A stretch of 63,721 nucleotides of DNA, the filler included, from Octopus bimaculoides (lineage: Eukaryota): NCBI RefSeq assembly GCF_001194135.2. It is 5 parts of 4 records of this genome, joined end to end, with 100 filler letters (N's around TTAATTAATTAA, not from the genome) between each part and the next. Parts side by side here need not be neighbours in the genome. Positions count along the whole stretch, not along the records: positions 43,185 to 54,568 come from NC_068984.1; positions 54,669 to 63,721 come from NC_068981.1; 3 more parts are not named here. One strand, written 5' to 3'. Both the position numbers and the translations under genes were made by a program. Shown piece by piece: positions 52,195 to 63,721 of this stretch; the stretch's first letter is position 1, and each line of letters begins with the position of its first letter. The notes beneath the pieces were generated by a model that had not been told where the DNA came from, ran no database searches, and was given only the letters and a program-made list of their open reading frames with translations.

Positions 52195-52840
52195 CCGTCT
52201 GTCTGTCTGTATGCTTGTGTTGTGAAATTTTGGTGCATATTAATTTAAGAAAGTTTTAAAATATGCCCAAAAATTCATTTTAAAACACAAGAAAACATTT
52301 TTTAATAGTGGTATATAAGCAGGTGTTGTCAGTTTGATTTTTAACATTACTTACTCTTGACAACAACTGATGTACTTTCCACTGATTAGCTGAAGTTCGT
52401 CTAAAATCCATTCCCAAATTGATTTTTGGGAAGCGATAAAGTTCATGTGCATTCATACAAAAATCACTAAACCAATACGAAATATGGACGGCCAAAACAT
52501 GTGATATCGGTTTATCCATGCAGCAAACTTATATTTATTGTGTCATTGAACACAATACTTAATTTTATGTGCCGTATTTTACAACGATACATAATATCAT
52601 TCGTCGTTAAGTGATTTATGAAGAAAGCTACTTGTTGTTGACTAGCGACTTATTTAGGAGGGAAATTTTTATTTAAATGTCACTTTCAAATGGTTTATCA
52701 TTAAAAGAAGACAAGTCTAGTCCATTTAAAGAAAAGAAGAGAGGACTTTATAATAGTGTACTTAAACCCTTTAGCATTCAGATTTCTCTGTCAAATGTAA
52801 TGCTTATTTATTCACATCCTTTAAAATTAATCTTGTATTC

Positions 52841-52987
52841 ATTATTTACATTATTTACATTCGACGGATATTTACCCCCATCTCGTTTGTTGTTAACACA
52901 ACGTTTCGGCTGATATACCCTCCAGCCTTCTTCAGGTGTCTTGGGGAAATTTCCAACCTGGGCTCTCATTCCTAAGGTATTTTTCGA

Positions 52988-53021
<34 letters not shown>

Positions 53022-53108
53022 GTTCAGGTCACTGCTTCGAATCGAACTCGGAATCTTGGGTTTAGTAGCCCGCGCTCTTAACCACTACGCCATATGCCCG
53101 TGGGCATA
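52841..53108 (-). mobile_element. tRNA-headed SINE with (AAT)n linker and hammerhead-containing tail
   Basis: A box TGGCGTAGTGG (53082-53092), B box GAGTTCGATTC (53039-53049), GCAGTGACCTGAA, (AAT)n, tail with hammerhead, (TGTAAATAA)2 end. Confidence 0.8.
52895..52940 (-). ncRNA. Minimal type I hammerhead ribozyme
   Basis: GACAC-CTGAAGA-A-GGCTG-GAGGGTATAT-CAGCC-GAAA-CGT-T-GTGTT; palindromic AACGTT stem III. Confidence 0.75.
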
Positions 53109-53239
53109 ATCTTATTATATTATTATTTTGTAGCTTTGAGATTCCGAAATGATGATTGATTATTTTTAGAATGACATTGCAGGGTAGGTGTGAAAGACTA
53201 AAATTGAGGTAACGAAGAAAGTTTTATGTTCAAACTGAC

Positions 53240-53570
53240 CAGATCCAGTTTGTCACAATTGGAGGCGCGTGGCTTAGTGGTTAGGGTATTGGACTCATGG
53301 TGGTAGGAATGTGGTTTCGATTCTAGAGAGTCATGCCAACCGGTTTCTTGGTTTCATGCTGTATATATTCTGCACCTGGACTGGACGCCGTTCCATCGTG
53401 GGATTACTCATTTTTTAAAACTGAATGTGCTGGAACAACTGAAATGGAATGTCTTGCTCAAGAACACAACGCGTCACCCGGTCCAGGAATCGAAACCACA
53501 TTCCTACTACCATGAGTCCAACATCCTAACCACTAAGCCACGCGCCTCCAAGTGTGAGCGACTGGATCTG
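53240..53570. repeat. Inverted duplication of a SINE C head plus flank (53240-53323 / 53487-53570)
   Basis: About 77/84 identity, including non-SINE flank CAGATCCAGT. Confidence 0.85.
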
Positions 53571-54537
53571 TTGGTTTCTTTGTTGAATTTTAACCTCTAA
53601 ATATTATTTTGGTTTTCATTTTTAGATACTGAAACTGTATTTTAGGGATAGGGGTAGAAGTTTCGTATTCATGTATTCATTATTTCATTTTAGCATAAAT
53701 GTAAAAGTCTCCAGTTACTTTTAGGCATAACTGTGACGGTTGCTCGTGTTGCTGTTTAGCTGCAAATGGGCTATTATCAAGCAGATTTATATCCAAGGGC
53801 TGTAAACCTGTGACTAGCGAATTTATATGTGTAGACTTATTGCACTTCGGACTGCATTATTTAATGTGTATTTTATCTTAATGACGATAGGCTGTGAATT
53901 GAGGAAAATATTTTGCTATTTTTAAGCATCTCGACTCATTGTAGGTATTTTCTTTACAAGATAATAATTATTTCGTTATTCGGGACTTCTTAAAATTGTT
54001 TGGTTAATGCCACACAAAAGATCGATATTAACATTAGAAGCACACCGCTCATTTGCTTTGAAAAAACAAACAAAAAACAACGAAACAAAACAAAAACCAA
54101 CAAAAAAACAAAAAAAAAACATTATTATAAAACTAACACTATGAAAAATAGAAGAAACTACTTTATTTCATTCATCATACTTTGTACATTACAAAATTAG
54201 AAATAACATGATTTTAAGAATCGTGTCTGTTTGAATGGATTTTCCGAAATCGTAAATTATTGCTTTGCTTTTAAAATTATACGGTTCACCTTCTGTGCAT
54301 CGTTTGGAATCTACTGTTCAAACCAATTAAATATAAAGTAAATAAGTGTTACTTTATTATTTTTAATTCAGACAAACTGATCCAGGCAGATATATGTATC
54401 TCATTCAAGACATCAATAATGTCTGTGCGATCAGATTTGACATACTCGGGTCACACACACACTAACATAACGATTAGGGTAATTTGTTAGAATATTCTTA
54501 TTTAATATATATAAAATATACATATATTATTTCTTGT

Positions 54538-54568
<31 letters not shown>

Positions 54569-54668
54569 NNNNNNNNNNNNNNNNNNNNNNNNNNNNNNNN
54601 NNNNNNNNNNNNTTAATTAATTAANNNNNNNNNNNNNNNNNNNNNNNNNNNNNNNNNNNNNNNNNNNN

Positions 54669-55020
54669 CTCTAAAAGAAATGGAAAAACTTTCAAAATAC
54701 AAAGACCTTTAAATAGAGGTAACTCGAATGTGGAATCTAAAAACAGAAACAATTCCTATCATAGTAAGTGCCTTAAGTATAATAAAAAAATATTCAGAAA
54801 AATACATAACAAAAACACCAGGACTTACAAATATATATAACATAACGAAAATTGCACTACTGGGCACTGCACACATCGTACGCAAAACACTTTCAATACA
54901 GTAACCATAAGAACACCACAGCAAACCACAGCACATACCCAAGGCGCACAGAGCTGCGCTCGGTAGTGAAGTGAAAGCACGTTATAAAAATAAAACTACT
55001 GAACAATAATAATAATAATA
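54669..55020 (+). mobile_element. R4/Dong-like retrotransposon 3' end
   Basis: LKEMEKLSKYKDL*IEVTRMWNLKTETIPIIV...KIALLGTAHIVRKTLSIQ*, followed by a 3' UTR and (AAT)n. Confidence 0.85.
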
Positions 55021-55029
55021 TTCCGGACG

Positions 55030-55600
55030 AGCCACAATGCCTTAATGCAGTACCAGGTAGTGACTCTCATGGCTTCTGATATTAACTGACTGGAAGTGTT
55101 CTCATGTACATTGATTTGCAATGGTATAAAAGATATGCTACTGCAAATATTCTGCTCAGTACCACAGATTTGCTTGTCGGTTGTTTGACCTTAACCATTT
55201 GAGCATGTTCCTTTGTGGATGACGGTATGTGCATCTCTGGTCACGAGCAGAAATAGTTGGGGAGCATCATAACCATGTGTTGAGAGGAAATCTTTGGGGT
55301 TTGAATAATTCACCTTTGGAAACATTTGCGTTTCGTTCGACATCCTTAAATAAACCTTATTCAGGGACCTTTTGAGCGAGATGGGCTACTCGACCTGCAG
55401 AAAATTCTAACTGGGTCTCACCTGCAAGGCAATTCGGCTGTTTATCTTGATATGAGATCTCCGTGTGCACATATGGTTGTGATGCATGTGGTCCGTGCAC
55501 CCTTCTCATACGGGTAGTCATGATGAGTATACTGGGCTTCGTATATTTTACCCCAGTGTCACTTTGATGGCATGCACATCTCACTCAATAATGTTAATAA
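55030..55600 (+). mobile_element. Unclassified interspersed repeat ending in (AAT)n, probably retroelement-derived
   Basis: Complex sequence terminating CACTCAATAAT..(AAT)n; a short related end occurs inverted near 14610-14635. Confidence 0.4.
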
Positions 55601-56239
55601 TAATAATATTAATAATAATAATTATAATAATAATAATAATGTGGAAGTTTAGGAGGTGGGGAAAGGAAATAAAAAAAAAGGAAAACGGAATGAGGAACCT
55701 GAAGTAGACAACAAAAAATCTAAAAAATAGTCTTTGAAGGAAAATATAAACATCTACTTCCATACAACTGGCATATTAATGTAAATTGTGTTTGGAAAAA
55801 AATTATTCATGAAAGGATTGAGAGAGCGCACGGAAGACCCACCACTGGAGGATGAATAATCTGGGAATCACTCACCATACAGCCTTGTAGGCCAACATTT
55901 TATAGTCTAAGGTTGAAAAGGGTGTCAGGGAAATGACAAAAGGTAGGGCTACGGGGCCAGATCCAATAACATGTAAAGTGTTAAATTCACTAGAGGACTA
56001 TGGAATTTGCAAACTCACACGCATTTTTATTGATGTTTATATCTCTAATCAATTCTCTGATTAATTCAAAACATTTGTATATAACCCTCTCGAAGAATAA
56101 AAGCTAAAGCTAATATGTACTCTGATTTCAGGTGCTGAAATATTTCTTTTTGTCATATAAGAATAAGTAAGAAACAAATCAAATACAGAAATCTAAGTAA
56201 AAGTCGCACTTTAGGGCCTACAGTGCTACGAGTTTTCCG

Positions 56240-56560
56240 CACATTTACCGCATTATCCAAGCCCAGAAGCAAGTCCGACAACAAAAATTCTATTTGCCTG
56301 CTTCATTGACCATGCCAAAACATTTGATTGCGTACACTAGAGAGAGATCATCAGCTCTTTAGAGACTGACGGCTTACAAAGAAAGGAGATTAGAGTTATC
56401 TCTGTTATATTGGAACTATAAAGCAACCATCAAAATAGACCGGGAATTATCAGAGCCAACAAAAATCAAAAGCGGTAAGAAAAGGATATGTGTTATCGCT
56501 ATACCTATTTAATATCTAAACTAACTATATATTCAGAGAGTCAAATGAGATCAAAAGACA
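56240..56560 (+). mobile_element. RTE-like reverse transcriptase remnant
   Basis: ACFIDHAKTFDCVH...YWNYKATIKIDRELSEPTKIKSG...VLSLYLFNI (RT domains 2-4, decayed). Confidence 0.7.
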
Positions 56561-57514
56561 CGGTCAATCACCTGAACATAATCAAATATAAGAATGAAAA
56601 GAGTTCGTCATCTCAAAAGACAGCACTATATCTATGAGTGAGGTTAGCAAACTGTTATATTATATCACTCGATGTTATACATACATGCATGAATGCATAC
56701 AGGCATGCGCGCGTGTGTGTATGTGTGCGCGCGTGCGTGGGTGTATATAAATATATATATATATACACGTATGAATGTATTCCTACATATATTTATATAT
56801 ATGTGTAGGTTCTATGTTTTCAGCCCAAAGGCCTTGGACATACTGGTTCATCGTCGTTTAAAATTTTAAGGCCCCGATGCGAGTGTCTATTGCATTTGAA
56901 AGAATTTTCTTGTTTCAAAAATAAACATGGCGTTGAGCAGGCAGAATCGTTAACACAGCGGTAAACATGCTTAGCTGCACTTCGTTCCTATTTACGATCC
57001 GAGTTCAAATTACGTAGATTCGACTTTGTCTTTCATCCTTTGGATATCGATGAAATAAGTACCGGTGCATGTAATCGGCTATCCTCTACACCCAAATTCA
57101 GGTTTCGTGCCTGCTCTTGAAGGTATCATTTCGAAAAAAAAAAGCAAAATAACCTAGCAAGCTACCAGAACCTTTAAGAATACAAGACAAGGTTCTCAAT
57201 GGCGACGACGGTCTTTCATGTTTTCAGTGAAAATAAAATAAGTACCAGGCAAATACTGGGTTCCATGCGTTCGACATTTCCTTTCCCTCAACCACTGCTC
57301 GCTTATTACCAAAATCTGAAACCAATATTCTAAAACAAAACAGTTTTAGGAATAAGGGCTGAGCATCACCTCTTGGTGAACATTGAGATACGCTGTGAAG
57401 ATAATGTCACCTTCTTGTAGAAGCCGTTACTCGAAGCTTGAAGTCCCATACAAGTTCAGCGGCAAGACATATAAATATGAACACATACGCGCGCGCGCAC
57501 GCACACATGGATAC

Positions 57515-57895
57515 TATTTTACTCTTTTACTTGTTTCAGTCATTTGACTGCGGCAATGCTGGAACACCGCCTTTAGTCGAGCACATCGACTCCAGGATTT
57601 ATTCTTTGTAAGACTAGTACTTATTCTATCGGGCTCTTTTGCCGAACCGCTAGGTTACGTGGACGTAAACACACCAGCATCGGTTGTCAAGCGATGTTGG
57701 GGGGACAAACACAGACACACAAACATACACACACATACATACATACATATGTATACATACATCTACGAAACCTATTCACAAGACTTTGGTCGGCCCGATG
57801 CTATAGTAGAAGACACTTGTCCAAAGTGCCACGCGGTGGGACCGGACCCGGAACCATGTGGTTCGTAAGCAAGCTACCTACCATACAACCACAGC
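57515..57895 (-). mobile_element. SINE family A
   Basis: Reverse-complement match to the reference copy. Confidence 0.85.
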
Positions 57896-58252
57896 GAAGT
57901 ACATTTCATATACTTATATGTGCTTAGATATAATACGCTTTTGCATTGGAATATATTAATAAAGTTTAAGTTATTCGTAAATACTTGTCTATTGGCCATG
58001 CACTGGCTTCGTTGTTAGTTGTTTATATGAATTCTAAAGTGCATCGCACTTTTAAAATAAAACCTAAGCTTTCATCTCATCGTCGGCGCATCATAGCTTT
58101 TCATTTTCACCTATTTCCCCTCTATCATCTCATTGATTTTATTATTCTATTTATTGTTGGTGTCCTTGTTGTAAGTCTTCCCCTTCTACTTTTTATCATA
58201 ATCATCATCATTATCATCACCACCACCACCACCATCATCATCATCATGATCG

Positions 58253-58290
<38 letters not shown>

Positions 58291-58913
58291 TTTTTCTATT
58301 TCTCCCCATCCTCCTTTTTCCCTTCTTTTCATCCCCTTCTCCTATTCACTTCATCCCTACTTTTCTTTTTTATTGTTTTTCTCTTCTTCATCGTATTTTC
58401 TTTAGTCTTTTCTTCTTCTTCTCATTATGCTTTTGAGCTTCCTTTAACGAACGGATACGTAGAATATGCACCACACCCTGTACTTAACCAATTTGTTCTT
58501 CGTGTTATTTTTTTTTTTTCCAACGTACAGTTTGGATTTGCCCCCCAAACAACTAGTCAAATTTTTAATTTATAATTTTCATTTTCACATTGTTCTGAAT
58601 ATTTTTTCTGAAAAATGTTCGATTCAGAAAAAAAATAAATAACAATTTCGAACATAATGACGAGAAAGAATTATTATTCGTAGGCGAATTCCATTTTGGA
58701 TTCTCATTAATGAACTNNNNNNNNNNNNNNNNNNNNNNNNNNNNNNNNNNNNNNNNNNNNNNNNNNNNNNNNNNNNNNNNNNNNNNNNNNNNNNNNNNNN
58801 NNNNNNNNNNNNNNNNNNNNNNNNNNNNNNNNNNNNNNNNNNNNNNNNNNNNNNNNNNNNNNNNNNNNNNNNNNNNNNNNNNNNNNNNNNNNNNNGAAGG
58901 AATCAAAATATAA

Positions 58914-58920
58914 GCAGTGA

Positions 58921-58986
<66 letters not shown>

Positions 58987-59074
58987 TAATAATAATAACA
59001 ACAACAACAACAACAGTAATAATAATAATAACATCAACAACAGCAACACCAACAACAACAACAACAACAACAAC

Positions 59075-59132
<58 letters not shown>

Positions 59133-59263
59133 TCGAAAAATACCTTAGGAATGAGAACCCCGGTTCGAAATTTCCCCAAGACACCTGATGAAGGATATAT
59201 CAGCCAAAACGACGTGTTAACAACAAACAAGATGAGGAAAAATATCCGTCAAATGTAAATAAT
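58914..59263 (+). mobile_element. Second copy of the hammerhead-tailed SINE (head lost or in gap, linker expanded, ribozyme degenerate)
   Basis: GCAGTGACCTGAA junction, ~210-bp (AAT)/(AAC) tract, ATCGAAAAATACCTTAGGAATGAG...GACACCTGATGAAGG...CAGCCAAAAC...AATATCCGTC.AATGTAAATAAT. Confidence 0.8.
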
Positions 59264-62200
59264 ATATATTTAATCAATATTTTTTTTAGTAGTGGCGTTT
59301 GCAGTTCAGTTGCTGTAGCGAGAATAACTGTACTGCTAGATTTCTAATATCGTTGGGCGTGTGTCATTCCGAAAACGGGGGAGTGTTTTTAGAGAACTGA
59401 AATTTTGAAAAAATGAAATTTTGAGGATTATAATCACTGTATCATTCTATGCTTGTGTTAATACTATGCAATATTTCCTTTGATTTTCTACGATGAAAGA
59501 TGTACAAGCTCTAGTGGTGGTGGGGTGCGGAAAGAGGTGAGATTTGAATGCTGCTTTTAGCATGTCCAGGCAACCTTCTGATTTCTGGTCTCGCAGGCAT
59601 GTGCATATGAACAGACAAGTTTAAATTCTTCGAAAAATTGGTGCTGAGCATTGTAGACCTGAGTCTGAAAGTTGTATTTACAGAAAACGTGAAAAAAAAA
59701 AATCAAACTGAAGTTTTGAAAAACAAAATACTCCCTTTCAGTTCCAATCTCCTTGAATATAAAATTATGAAAGAATAAAATACAAAAAAACAACAGAAAA
59801 TAAAAGAAGGAGAAGTGTCAAGAAAAAGAAATTAAAAGATAAAACTTGGTGTGGAAGAGGAAATCTAAAATTTGATAAGCTGTTTTATTTTTTTTATTTT
59901 TTGCCGCACTCGTAATCTCTGTTGTTTGAAATCACAGAAATCCGAAAGAAATTCTGGCGTGTGACGCCCGTTACAATGCCGCGATTACTTTTCGTTGCCT
60001 TTAACTACCAAAATTATTCAGAGTAAATGAAATACGTAGTATTTTAAAACCCTCCAAAACAAATTCAGTATGTTCATACAAATTAACATCCGTCGGTGTA
60101 AGCAACGGTATGTTGTTGACTATATGTTGATGTGACATTTTCGTTGTTGGGTGACAGTATTACAGGGTCACTAATTTAAACACCTCCGCTGTGCCTGTAT
60201 CTTTCTTGATGTAAATCTCTAGCCCTTAGTATACTAACCTCACCCCTACACAACGTTTGTAGCACCCATGGAAGTGCAGAAGATGCCAAGTATCACAATA
60301 TGAGATAAGAAAAGTATTTATGCAACTAACTGAAGAAAATCTTGGTAATCACAATTTGAAACAGATATCTGTTTCCGAGATATTATTTTTCTACATCTTC
60401 GCATCTTCTCTATCTTCTTTCTAATCTTTTCCGCATTTTCGTCGTCTCTTATACTTTCTCCATTAATTTTATGTTCCCTCCTTCTACTTTTCCCACACCT
60501 ACTGTCATCTCCTTTCTTTATTACTTCCCCTGTTTACTCTTGTTATTTTTTATCTCTTGTTTTCATTCATCTTACTGTTTCCTCTATCGTCTCATATTTC
60601 TTCTTGCGGTGTATATATTTTCCGATAGTTTTTCTTATTTGATTAAATTTCTCTTATCTGCTATCATTTCAGATAACTACACCTTGAAATAATTTGAAAT
60701 GTTTCCTGTAAAATTTCGTTGTCATAAAATATTGTACTGTTTTACTGCATTAATAATGTCATATCATTTCTGGTATAGGATGCAAATAGAAGCTTCTGTT
60801 TTCCAAAATGATAAGTAAAAAAACATAAATGCTATAAGACTATCAACTTTAGTCACCGATAAATATTTGCACGTCATGAAAAAAAACCCCAAAAAAACAA
60901 AGACGCCTAGATATATCTTTTGATCGATATATTAGATTCAATGAAAAATGAAACCTGTTGAATATTGCTATAGTGAATAATTTAATCCATTATCTTTATA
61001 CAACAATATCTCGGTCTTTATACGACCTTTTGTTTATTATCCATAATTTATTTAGACTGTTAGTTTAATGGTTCTTTGATATGTGGCTTGTTGAACGCGT
61101 ATTTTACTATAGTGAATTTTTTTACATTGATACAGAATAAAAATAGTCTCTGTGACAAATATATTTGATTTTCTAGTTGTATGCACAATAACCTAATCTT
61201 GAGATATATCAAAGAAAGTGAGAACAAAAGTAGAAAAGTGTAATTGTTTCTTTGGAAGCTAACATACAAATTGTTTTTCACTGACGTTGTGTTTCATTAT
61301 CTCCTGCACTTGTTCTTCAGCCTGGAGCCTGCAAACATCTGTACACCTTATAAAAATTGGCTGTCATGTGCTTTTTGTTTTTCCATCACTAAATTTCAAT
61401 GCGATTCTTTGTTGTGAAGACTCACATATGTTCCTAAAGTCAATTACTTAAACTAAGTATTAAAATTATGTTATTTTGCTAACGACACTCGTTTCTATGG
61501 ACATTTATCCAAAAGAAAAAGAAAAATAATCAGAAAACAAGAAATTTAATTAGAGAAAATAATTTTCAACATGTGTATTTTCCTTTCACGTTTGATTCTA
61601 CTCAACGTGCTGTTTTATGGTTTGCCTTATTGCAAAACTATTTCTGCTGCATCGATTGCCAATTACAGTGAAGAGTTCTTGCTGTTTATTTACAATTACT
61701 TTCAAATTGACAGGTGTTAGTAATTTTCACAGTTCTCTTCTTGACATATGTTTTATACAGTGAAAACAAAGCTATCATTATTGATATGTGGTTGTTAACA
61801 CTTTCTCATAAACCAAATTCACTCTGTCCAATTTAAATTGTGATTCCGAAGTTTTTCTTCAGTTTCTGGCCAAAATGCTTTTATTTCAATCATATATATT
61901 GTCAGCTACATGACGTATAATTTTCTGTCATATCATAGAGAGATGGAAGCTAAGATACGGCATATTGTGGTTTCAGATTTTAGCACACACCATCAATGTT
62001 GGAGACAGTTAGGTCGATTAACTCGAACCCACTGCTCAACGGCCACTTATTTTATTGACCGCCAAATGATGGAAGGTGAAGGCAACCTCGGTGGAATTGA
62101 ACATCGAACGTAAAATCAAACGAAATACCGTTAAGCATTAAGGGCATATTCAGTTTAACGTTTGGTGTCAAAATGCAGACTTTTCCATGAGATACTTTAG

Positions 62201-63074
62201 AAAAAACTTCGTTGAATTTGCGTGGATAATGACATGTTGTGTAGATCGTATTTTATTGTGAATACTTTGCTTATTTCATTGTGTGGCAGTTTACAAAATA
62301 AGTTGGTGTGGGTGTGTACTCGCATCGTCAATATAATTGGTTCTATTTCTGTATGCTGCAATATCTACTTCTAGTAGCAAGGTGTTCGATTGTTTCAGCC
62401 ATGTTTTCTGAATTTTACTGACTTGCTTAGCAGTTGTTTAATAATAACAGTTGGGTCATGAGGTTTTGTAAGAAGTCAGGAATAGTGTAATGCAAAATTG
62501 GTCTATATGCACTAAGGGCTCGGTGTACATTTGAAATGTAGAATGAATCTAGGTTTGATGCCATTAGTTTACAGCTTAATTTATTTGTGTTAATTTCGAC
62601 ATAAGACATGATTCATGTCTTAACGCCAAACGATAATAACGCGATTGGTTACGTTTTTGTACAAATATATTTCAGAGGGTAGCTTTGAGGGGTGTTTGAA
62701 GAAGATGGCGATTGGTATTCTTAAGTCTGTTAGGATGATTTATATTACTTATGTGTATATAAAGCCAGTCTATATTTTTAGAGTTTAAGCATGTAAAATA
62801 TGTATAATAAATACATGCGTATGTGCGTTGTAACTTCTACCATGAGTTCAAATATACTTCTTTAACGTAATACATAAGTTATGAAATTTGCGGCATCTTT
62901 GTCGTTTCATTTGTCTCTGAAGAGAGTACATACCGGATGTGATACTGTTTTAGGTTGCTAGGTATGAGAATCGGTGTATCTCCTATACGAAAAGAAAAAC
63001 TCGGCAATACGACTATATATACGATTTTATATACGTACATAAATACACACGCATACATATATATGTGCATGCAT

Positions 63075-63721
63075 GCAGTTTGTCCGTCGATGCGACGTAG
63101 ACCATCTAGTCATCCTGGGGTGGGGTGTTTGCTTTGTGAGTCCGCAGATAGCTAGTGAGGCCAATCTGTGCCCGAAAGAGTATTTGACAGTGTGGACAGG
63201 GAATGGTAGCGCCTGCTACAGGGCTGTTAGCTCTGTTCTTCCTGGCTTGTCTGTCGTCTTCTACAGCAGTGTCCCTATTGGTCTCGGATGTGTTTGCACC
63301 CTTGTGGACAGCTGATCACCACCCCTCTCTGTCTAGAGCAGACTACTCCCACGTTGCATGGTCGAAGTTGAAGGCTTTCAGTGAGGCTTTGGGTGTGTCA
63401 TTAAAGCGCTCCTTCTGGGTGTCTTGTGAGTGTTTCCCTTTTGCAGCTCGCCAAAGAGCAATCTTTTTGGTAATCGATCGTCTGACATGCGAGCTACGTG
63501 CCCTGCCCAGCGAAGCTGAGACTGCATCAAGACGGTATAGATGCTGGGCAGGTTGGTGTCCGGGCTCCTGTCCTGTCCTTTATACCGAAACGTTTTCTGA
63601 GGCGTATGGTATGAAAGTGGTTCAGCTTCCTGGCATGACAATGGTAGACCGTACAAGAATCGCAGCCGTAAAGCAGCATTGTGAGAACAACAGCCCGGTA
63701 CACATTGATCTTTGTCATGAT
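63075..63721 (-). mobile_element. RTE-clade LINE 3' portion (continues beyond the window)
   Basis: KINVYRAVVLTMLLYGC, QLRWAGHVARMSDDRLPKRLLFGEL, C-terminal CPHC..LFRAQIGLTSYLRTH zinc motif. Confidence 0.92.

Noticed and set aside
52280-52519. 79-aa minus-strand ORF
   Set aside because: No recognisable domain or splice context.

Overview
AT-rich, microsatellite-dense eukaryotic DNA from a gapped draft assembly (many N gaps; four artificial 44N-TTAATTAATTAA-44N scaffold joins). The repeat inventory suggests an octopus genome; this is my inference. No protein-coding gene can be called with confidence, and the window looks intronic or intergenic with a few weak exon and promoter candidates. Most of it is tRNA-derived SINEs and decayed transposons: R4/Dong-like, Tx1/L1-like, RTE, CR1/L2-like, Penelope-like GIY-YIG, mariner, FLYWCH-MULE, an hAT-type MITE and a solo LTR. 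The best signals are RNA-level. (1) A co-oriented full-length U6 -> full-length 5S rRNA -> SINE 3'-half chimera at ~46.08-46.46 kb. (2) A tRNA-headed SINE whose 3' tail carries a minimal hammerhead ribozyme, in two copies. (3) Several unrelated minimal hammerheads showing C3-G8, U3-A8 and G3-C8 versions of the core tertiary pair. (4) Recurrent short foldback inverted duplications. All alignments and folds were done by eye, and SINE boundaries are approximate.
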